Positions 58,023 to 64,000 of a stretch of DNA of 64,000 nucleotides are shown here, one piece after another. The stretch is from contig JAVLKG010000014.1 of NCBI GenBank assembly GCA_032128875.1, positions 33,350 through 97,349 of the forward strand. Direction: 5' to 3'. Within the stretch, counting starts at the first letter, position 1. Each line of letters begins with the position of its first letter. Made by a program: the position numbers and the translations under genes. Source of the stretch: Candidatus Melainabacteria bacterium 17Bon1m (lineage in GTDB: Bacteria > Cyanobacteriota > Vampirovibrionia > Obscuribacterales > Obscuribacteraceae). The notes under the pieces were generated by a model that was given only the letters and a program-made list of their open reading frames with translations, had not been told where the DNA came from and searched no databases.

Positions 58023-58400
58023 TTAAGAACCATTGACCAGCTTTTTGATTTCGCTCGGAAGCGTCAGAGGGTCGAATGGTTTGCTGATCACTCCACTGGC
58101 GCCGAGCCTCGTGTATTGTTCGACCTCTTGCGGCTGAACTTTTGCGGTCATCAAAATCACAGGAATGTGCTTCAATTGCTCATCTTCGCGCAATTTGAGA
58201 AGCGTGGTCGGGCCGTCCATGCCCGGCATCATCACGTCTAAAAGGATTACATCCGGCTTTTCCTTTCGCGCCAATTCGAGCCCCGCAAAGCCGGACTCCG
58301 CCAGGAAGACTTCCCACTTGCCGACGCTCGTCAGGCAAACCTGGCATATCCGCCTAATGCTCTGGTCGTCGTCGACCATCAATACTTTTTTGATTTCCAC
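58023..58400 (-). CDS. Single-domain response regulator
   Basis: VDDD, LLDVMMPGMDG, MTA, KPFDP. Confidence 0.93.
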   Translation of the reverse strand: MEIKKVLMVDDDQSIRRICQVCLTSVGKWEVFLAESGFAGLELARKEKPDVILLDVMMPGMDGPTTLLKLREDEQLKHIPVILMTAKVQPQEVEQYTRLGASGVISKPFDPLTLPSEIKKLVNGS

Positions 58401-58665
58401 TATCTATTCTTACCGATTAGCCCTACCAATGATTTTCGTTGATTCTCATATCCTACTCAAAGCGTATATTAACCCAGCTGTTGATGTTCTTTCCCTTAAC
58501 CTTAACCGCCACAGAACCGCCACACTTCGCGAAGATAATCTCTCCCGTAAGCCCAAGATTCGCCAATAAGTCCCGGTAGATTACCTCTAACCTCCCCGCT
58601 GAGTTCAAATAATTAACCGAGTTGTCTCGGACACCCCCTTTTTACCGTCAATTTCGAGGTTTTGC

Positions 58666-60132
58666 ATGAGCGGCAAGCTTGATACGGCTTTCGAGCCGAC
58701 TAGTTACGATGCACAAAAATTGATTGCCTGTGGCGATCGCATTGACTCTCAGGTCACCAGCGAAGCTATTGGTGCAGCCTATGGAAAGGGCGCGCTGGCA
58801 GCTATCGAGAAGGGCAAAGACACTAGCGCCGCATACTTGAGCGATTTCCAGATCGTGGGAGCTGACGACAAGGCTACTTCAATTGCTGTTCTAGCGTCCA
58901 AGCCATTGTCTGCAAATCTCGAAAGCGCAGTCGACAAAATTGAAAAGGCTGCCAACGGTGGATTGACGGGCATAGGCACTGATGAAGCGAGTTTGTGGGA
59001 TGCGATTGCACCACTCAATGAGAAAGAGTTTGAATTGGTAAACGAGCGTTTTGCGCAGAAGTACGGCAAAACCTACGCTTTGTTTGGCGAAAAGTGGGAT
59101 GTTCGCAGAGAGCTGATCGATGAGCTTGGAACAGTTGATCTTGCTCGCTTCGACCGAATGATTGCGGATAAGAAGAGAAATGATGTTCCTGAAGAGTTTA
59201 GAGCAAGTGGAGAAACTCTTTTGAAGGAAGGCTCTGGACTCAAGGTCGGCGAATTGAATCGCGTCAAACTTGCGGATGGGCGAGACTATGATGTTTACGT
59301 CCCGAAGAACGCTGACAGTCGTGCACCAGTTATGGTGGCAATGGGTGGCGCTGGTCTCGGTGACATGAAAGGAGTAATGTCTACAGAAACCGGCTTGACT
59401 ATTGAAGCTGAACGTAGTGGCTCGATCGTTGTGTTCGCAAATCCGAAGGCTAGAGCTCAGGAGGGGCACTACGGCATTGAGAGCGCTACCTGGAACGTGC
59501 CGGGACGCAGCAACATGCTCGCGAAAGGCGATAACTCATATGATGATCGAGACTATCTCGATAATGTTTTGAAAGACCTTGCAACAAAATCAAGTACCTC
59601 CGACAAAGTCGGGTTGATTGGATTCTCCGATGGCGCGCGCTTCGCCGAAGTCTACGCCGCCGATCGCCCTGAGAGAGTCGCCGGCATCGCAGCAATGAGC
59701 GGCACCTGGATGAAGGGTGATCAAGCTCCAACCAAGGCACTTCCGATCATGATCGTCCATGGTGAGAAGGATGAAATTCTTCCGTATCGCGGTGGTGAAG
59801 GTTCGACTTCGGACAAGATTCCTGTGCAGACCAACCTCAGCAAATCACTTCCTTCTCTGCAAGCAAAGGTGTGGAGCGAAGCCGGAGGCGGTGACGCGCA
59901 GATTGTCGAACGTTCAATGGAGGGAAACGTTGAACGTCGCGTATACAACGCTGGTTCGAACACTGTCACCGAATACATGATCAAGGGCGCCGACCACGGC
60001 GTACATGATTACAGAAACAACGGTAGCCGCATCTTGCAATGGGCACTTGGGCAGCCCGATTTGCAGCAAGACATGGTGACTAAAAGCAGCGGATTCTTGA
60101 AGCAACACATCGTTCGTGATTTGAAGAAATAA
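58666..60132 (+). CDS. Annexin-repeat plus PHB-depolymerase/LpqC-like esterase
   Basis: GIGTDEASL...FAQKYGK...ELIDELG annexin-like repeat; YDVYVP, DDRDYL, GFSDGA, HGEKD, GADHG. Confidence 0.8.
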   Translation: MSGKLDTAFEPTSYDAQKLIACGDRIDSQVTSEAIGAAYGKGALAAIEKGKDTSAAYLSDFQIVGADDKATSIAVLASKPLSANLESAVDKIEKAANGGLTGIGTDEASLWDAIAPLNEKEFELVNERFAQKYGKTYALFGEKWDVRRELIDELGTVDLARFDRMIADKKRNDVPEEFRASGETLLKEGSGLKVGELNRVKLADGRDYDVYVPKNADSRAPVMVAMGGAGLGDMKGVMSTETGLTIEAERSGSIVVFANPKARAQEGHYGIESATWNVPGRSNMLAKGDNSYDDRDYLDNVLKDLATKSSTSDKVGLIGFSDGARFAEVYAADRPERVAGIAAMSGTWMKGDQAPTKALPIMIVHGEKDEILPYRGGEGSTSDKIPVQTNLSKSLPSLQAKVWSEAGGGDAQIVERSMEGNVERRVYNAGSNTVTEYMIKGADHGVHDYRNNGSRILQWALGQPDLQQDMVTKSSGFLKQHIVRDLKK

Positions 60133-60157
60133 TGGGTTGGTGTTCAACCATAGATTT

Positions 60158-61117
60158 TCAGGAGGATAGTTTTTCCTGCAAGAACTTGAGCATTTTAGCG
60201 AATCCGTTTTCCCAATCTTTAGTCTTACCACCGCCACCATGACCGCCACCTTCAATCGCGATCAAATCAGCGTTGACATTTTTAGCATGGCAGACTTCCA
60301 TCAAATCTGTGGCTTGGTCGAAAGGAACAATCTCATCTTTTGTTCCGTGCATTAGCATCATCGGCGGATCTTGCGCATCGGCAAAAGTGATAGGGCTCGC
60401 CATCATGCGATCTTGCGCAATTGTTGCTGGATTGGTGCGATCTGCATCGTTGAACAAGCTATCGACAATTCCTTGAATGAAGGGCGTGAATTTCTTGGTC
60501 AGGTTGGTCGGTCCAGCCAGACTTACGGTAGCGCAGATATGTCCATGAATAGGAGTAATTGGAAGCGACTTGCTAGCGATATCGTTTTGAACTTCGGATA
60601 GCATAAGCGCGACGTGACCGCCAGCGGAGCCACCAAACAAGGCGATCTTGTCAGGGTTGATTTTGAACTCATCTGCGTTGTCCAGCAGGAAATTGATGCA
60701 CTGCGCAGAGTCATTGATTTGCGCTGGAAACTTTGCTTCCTTCGTCAATCTGTACTCAATACTCGCGGATGCATATCCCATATTTGCCAGTCTAATCATG
60801 TGCTCGCGCATTTGTTTGCGGTTGCCGGAAGTCCATCCACCACCGTGAATGCATACGACGAGCGGAAAAGGTCCAATGCCTTTCTTGGGTCTGGCAAAAT
60901 CAAGCTTTAACGTTCTGTTTGGGTGTTTTGCAATGACAATGTCGTTTTGGGTAAACGGCTGATCAAGCGCGAAGGCAGCGAAAGATTTCGGCGATGCGCA
61001 CATCATGGTTGCTGTGGTCAGCAAACCGACCAACGACAATGCGCTCAAGCGCGCAGACCAAGGCATTCGCTTCATGTTTTGGTAATTGTCGTTTTCTGCC
61101 ATTTCAGAATGTGTCAT
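60158..61117 (-). CDS. Exported alpha/beta hydrolase (HGGG-type esterase)
   Basis: IHGGGW, GGSAGGH, HGTKDEIVP, GGGHG; signal-like N-terminus. Confidence 0.9.
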   Translation of the reverse strand: MTHSEMAENDNYQNMKRMPWSARLSALSLVGLLTTATMMCASPKSFAAFALDQPFTQNDIVIAKHPNRTLKLDFARPKKGIGPFPLVVCIHGGGWTSGNRKQMREHMIRLANMGYASASIEYRLTKEAKFPAQINDSAQCINFLLDNADEFKINPDKIALFGGSAGGHVALMLSEVQNDIASKSLPITPIHGHICATVSLAGPTNLTKKFTPFIQGIVDSLFNDADRTNPATIAQDRMMASPITFADAQDPPMMLMHGTKDEIVPFDQATDLMEVCHAKNVNADLIAIEGGGHGGGGKTKDWENGFAKMLKFLQEKLSS

Positions 61118-61338
61118 CTCAGTCTTGTCGTCGCTGTTTTTTTATCGCTGTTTTGTCCGCATTGATTGACAGGCACTTCCGACGCTCTTGCGCGGAAAAT
61201 GTTTTATGGTTAAAAGCACCATTGGAGCGGAAAAGCCCGTCCCTGGTGTTTCTTACCCTATATATGCGGTTTGAAAACCTTCTTGACTACAGGGCGTGGC
61301 GAACCCCTGCGCCCCACTTCAGCCTGTCTCGTGTGCCC

Positions 61339-61416
61339 GCCTCGCGAACCCGTTTCACTACCTAGTTTCGCCAACCAGGCTCGCTAGCGAGTTTCGTAAA
61401 CCAACTTCGCAAGCCA
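61339..61416. repeat. Six degenerate 13-bp tandem repeats
   Basis: GCCTCGCGAACCC GTTTCACTACCTA GTTTCGCCAACCA GGCTCGCTAGCGA GTTTCGTAAACCA ACTTCGCAAGCCA. Confidence 0.7.
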
Positions 61417-61720
61417 GCCAGATTTTGGCAGACCAGCAATGATTATGCGAGCCGCCGCGCGTATGGCCCGCATACCCTCTCGCCGCTTAGCGAGCTGAAT
61501 TTTTGCGTGACGCTTAAACACTCACAATAACTTGTTGTTGCATGAGCGTTTTGCTTGATACCAATTGGTAACTCGTTTTTTTTCTTTTGGAAACACCTTC
61601 AATCTCATCTGAGTAAGCAACAACACTCTTCACGCAATTTGTTCCGCGGCTATTTTGCAGTGTGATGGAGAGTGGCTTTTGTTAGCGCACGCCCAATGAA
61701 CACATCAGGAAGGATGTGAA

Positions 61721-61825
61721 ATGGATCAACCAGAAGAAATCCACTTTCTTGACTTGGCGGATATCGAAATAGCCTGCGAGCAGCAGTTCGAAGACCATCT
61801 CGCAATCGAAGCAGAATTGGGGTGA
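61721..61825 (+). CDS. Putative 34-aa acidic peptide
   Basis: MDQPEEIHFLDLADIEIACEQQFEDHLAIEAELG; AGGAAGGA upstream; stop lies just before the next ATG (61831). Confidence 0.45.
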   Translation: MDQPEEIHFLDLADIEIACEQQFEDHLAIEAELG

Positions 61826-61830
61826 ACGGA

Positions 61831-62199
61831 ATGAAGCAATTTTGTACGGCTGAAGCTGGATGTGAATTCGGCTCCAGTGTCAGAGGCCACATTGTCATGG
61901 AAGGTTTCATGACTGTGCCAGTCAACGTCGCGCTGAAGCTCAACTGTCAGTACCCGGATCTGTTGAGGGCATCTGTTCACCATGCGAGCTTTCAGCACTC
62001 GTTCGTCCTCAGCTTGCGTCAGCTTTCGGACGGTCGGCATGCGTCGATGTCTTCCTGCGAATCGACAGTTCGTCCGGAGGCAAATGGAAAGGTGAGCGTG
62101 CGTTCAAACTCCTGGCACTGGCAGATTCCGGTGCAGTTTGATCGCGGAATTCTAGACGAGTTTCTCACCTCGGTTCAGAACTTTCTTCAACACGCGTAA
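61831..62199 (+). CDS. Hypothetical protein
   Basis: ORF (track start 61822) directly upstream of the acyl-CoA dehydrogenase. Confidence 0.55.
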   Translation: MKQFCTAEAGCEFGSSVRGHIVMEGFMTVPVNVALKLNCQYPDLLRASVHHASFQHSFVLSLRQLSDGRHASMSSCESTVRPEANGKVSVRSNSWHWQIPVQFDRGILDEFLTSVQNFLQHA

Positions 62200-62227
62200 G
62201 CGGTAACATCTACAGTTAGGAGCGGAA

Positions 62228-63454
62228 ATGTCTATTTCCGAAAAATGGCATGGACTCGATCTCACCGATGATCAGCTCGAGATGCTGAATCTGGTGCGCG
62301 ATTTCTGTGCCAAAGAAGTTCGTCCCAATGGGGCGCAGTATCACCTGTCGCAGAAGACGCCGACTGCGATTCTGAAGAAAGCGGCGCAGTGCGATTTTTA
62401 CTCGTCGGATTTCTTCTTGCAGCTCTTCAGCGACCCCACCGGCCTGACCGCAGCGCTGGCGATAGAAGAAATGTTCTACTCCGATGCGGGCATCGCGCTG
62501 GCACTGTTCGGCACCGGACTTCCGGCATCTGCCATCGTCGCCAACGGCACGCCTAAGCAGATCGACAAGTGGCTGCCCAGGTGTTTTGGAACAGCGAAAG
62601 ACCCTAAGGTCGCGGCATTCTGCTGCTCGGAAGCGGAAGCCGGATCGGATGTGAGCAACATCCGCACTCGCGCGATCTACAACGAGAAGAGCGACACTTG
62701 GACGATCAACGGCATCAAGCACTGGATCACTAATGGTGGCATCTCTGACGTCTACGTCGTCGTCGCCAGCGTCGATCCGGAGCTGAAATCTCGTGGACAA
62801 GCCAGCTTCATCGTGACGGATGGAACCCCTGGTCTCTCGGCGGGACGTCATCTGGACAAGCACGGATTCCGCGCATCGCACACGGGCGAAGTCATCTTGG
62901 ACAATGTCGTTGTCCCAGGCGATCACTTGCTGGGTGGCAAAGAACGTCTGGATAAGCGCCTCGCGCGTGCCCGCCGTAATGAGTCGTCCGGTGAACAAGC
63001 TGCAATGGCGACCTTCGAGGCGACTCGCTGGATGGTCGCAGCCATGGGCGTCGGCATTGCTCGTGCGGCGTTCGAGTACGCGCGCGACTACGCTCTTGTG
63101 CGGGAGCAATTCGGCAAGCCGATCGCCGCGCATCAGCAGGTCGCAGAGTTGCTCGCCGACATGGCGACGGAGATTCACCTTGCTCGTCTCGGCGTGATCA
63201 ACGCGGCGCAGACGTACCTCTCCACCGGCAAACTCGACAGAGCGCAGGGCTCGATGGTGAAGTACTTCGCTTCGGAGCTGGCTGTGAAGGCGACGCGCAA
63301 TGCCATGCAGATTCTCGGCGGTGCTGGCTACGTCAACGAGCATCCCGTCGCTCAGTGGCACGCCGACGCGCTGCTATTGCCGATCTTCGAGGGCACCTCG
63401 CAGATTCAGAAGAACGTTATCGCCAGCGTCGTCACCGGGCTGCGCATTCGGTAA
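62228..63454 (+). CDS. Acyl-CoA dehydrogenase
   Basis: FCCSEAEAGSD, NGIKHWITNG, REQFGKPI, QILGGAGY, IFEGTSQIQ; AGGAG SD. Confidence 0.95.
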   Translation: MSISEKWHGLDLTDDQLEMLNLVRDFCAKEVRPNGAQYHLSQKTPTAILKKAAQCDFYSSDFFLQLFSDPTGLTAALAIEEMFYSDAGIALALFGTGLPASAIVANGTPKQIDKWLPRCFGTAKDPKVAAFCCSEAEAGSDVSNIRTRAIYNEKSDTWTINGIKHWITNGGISDVYVVVASVDPELKSRGQASFIVTDGTPGLSAGRHLDKHGFRASHTGEVILDNVVVPGDHLLGGKERLDKRLARARRNESSGEQAAMATFEATRWMVAAMGVGIARAAFEYARDYALVREQFGKPIAAHQQVAELLADMATEIHLARLGVINAAQTYLSTGKLDRAQGSMVKYFASELAVKATRNAMQILGGAGYVNEHPVAQWHADALLLPIFEGTSQIQKNVIASVVTGLRIR

Positions 63455-63589
63455 TACCGCGCGGAAATTCGAACAGAGTCATAGCCTTGGCGTTTAAGAC
63501 GCACTTTTGACTTCGATTAACGAGTTTCCGCAAAACCTTCCATTCCTCAACCACAATCAAAACACCGTCAATCGTACGGTGGAAAGGAA

Positions 63590-63802
63590 ATGATCATGGC
63601 CAAGAAGGCATCCAAGAACGCCCGGACGAGCGCGCAGTCGGCGGAGCAGACCGCATTGCAGAACCGCCCGACCAAGCACTTCTGCAAGTCGCCGAAGTGT
63701 CCGACGCCCGGCGAGCCGATCTTGCTGAAGGACCTGCAGCCCGCTGGTGAGCCGCGCAAGCCGATGAGCATGTTCCACAAGAGCTGCTACCGGGCTCTGT
63801 GA
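63590..63802 (+). CDS. Small basic protein with C-x4-C...H-x2-C putative zinc finger
   Basis: GGAAAGGA SD; FCKSPKC...FHKSC; GC-rich codon pattern matching the neighbouring gene. Confidence 0.6.
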   Translation: MIMAKKASKNARTSAQSAEQTALQNRPTKHFCKSPKCPTPGEPILLKDLQPAGEPRKPMSMFHKSCYRAL

Positions 63803-63825
63803 CACATTCTTCACCGCCCGGCGAT

Positions 63826-63921
63826 TGAGGAGGAGGTATGAATTTTCCAAGGAATTCATACCTCCGTGAGAAGGCGGCGGGTCCAGTGCCTGCCGTCTTC
63901 TCTCCTCGGGTTCATCTTTTG
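63826..63921 (+). other. Structured element: two long hairpins closed by a third helix
   Basis: GGAGGTATGAATT/AATTCATACCTCC, GAGAAGGCGGCGGG/CCTGCCGTCTTCTC, closing GAGGA/TCCTC. Confidence 0.55.
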
Positions 63922-64000
63922 GGGTATGACTTCACTAAACCATGTAGCAGGTCCTGCTCAAAAGAACGAGCTAAAACCTCTGCCATTTTCGCTTTTCGAC

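Noticed and set aside
62216-63361. 381-aa minus-strand ORF
   Set aside because: Antisense shadow of the GC-rich acyl-CoA dehydrogenase.

Overview
Bacterial chromosomal window, mid-GC, with no rRNA, tRNA, CRISPR array, transposase or integrase that I could recognise. The gene style (many TPR proteins, OmpR/PAS-kinase pairs, a DUF4388-GGDEF fusion, large orphans) resembles non-photosynthetic Cyanobacteriota such as Obscuribacterales; this is inference only. Core content: a complete trpEGDCFBA operon, an FMO, a prolyl oligopeptidase, several two-component and c-di-GMP genes, pyrE, gdhA, a Ca2+/H+ antiporter, mutM, a macrodomain protein, hydrolases and an acyl-CoA dehydrogenase. The main observations the ORF track does not explain are: (1) two unannotated paralogous 56-59 aa genes sharing Q(K/R)xFQRLxLxEL, each with a related terminator, next to a repeated TGAGGGA-N14-TCCCTCA palindrome; (2) a Trp-codon leader peptide (GWWRW) with antiterminator/terminator in front of trpE; (3) two related esterases with different predicted Ca2+-binding N-terminal modules (annexin repeat vs EF-hand) and no signal peptide, plus a 1768-aa repeat-rich effector-like protein; (4) several REP/REPIN-like palindrome families, two of which are translated as parts of proteins (TrpC tail, DUF547 N-terminus); (5) a 6x13-bp degenerate array, a small acidic peptide, a mini zinc finger and a three-way-junction RNA structure near the right end. 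Domain calls are from motif recognition by eye, not database searches.
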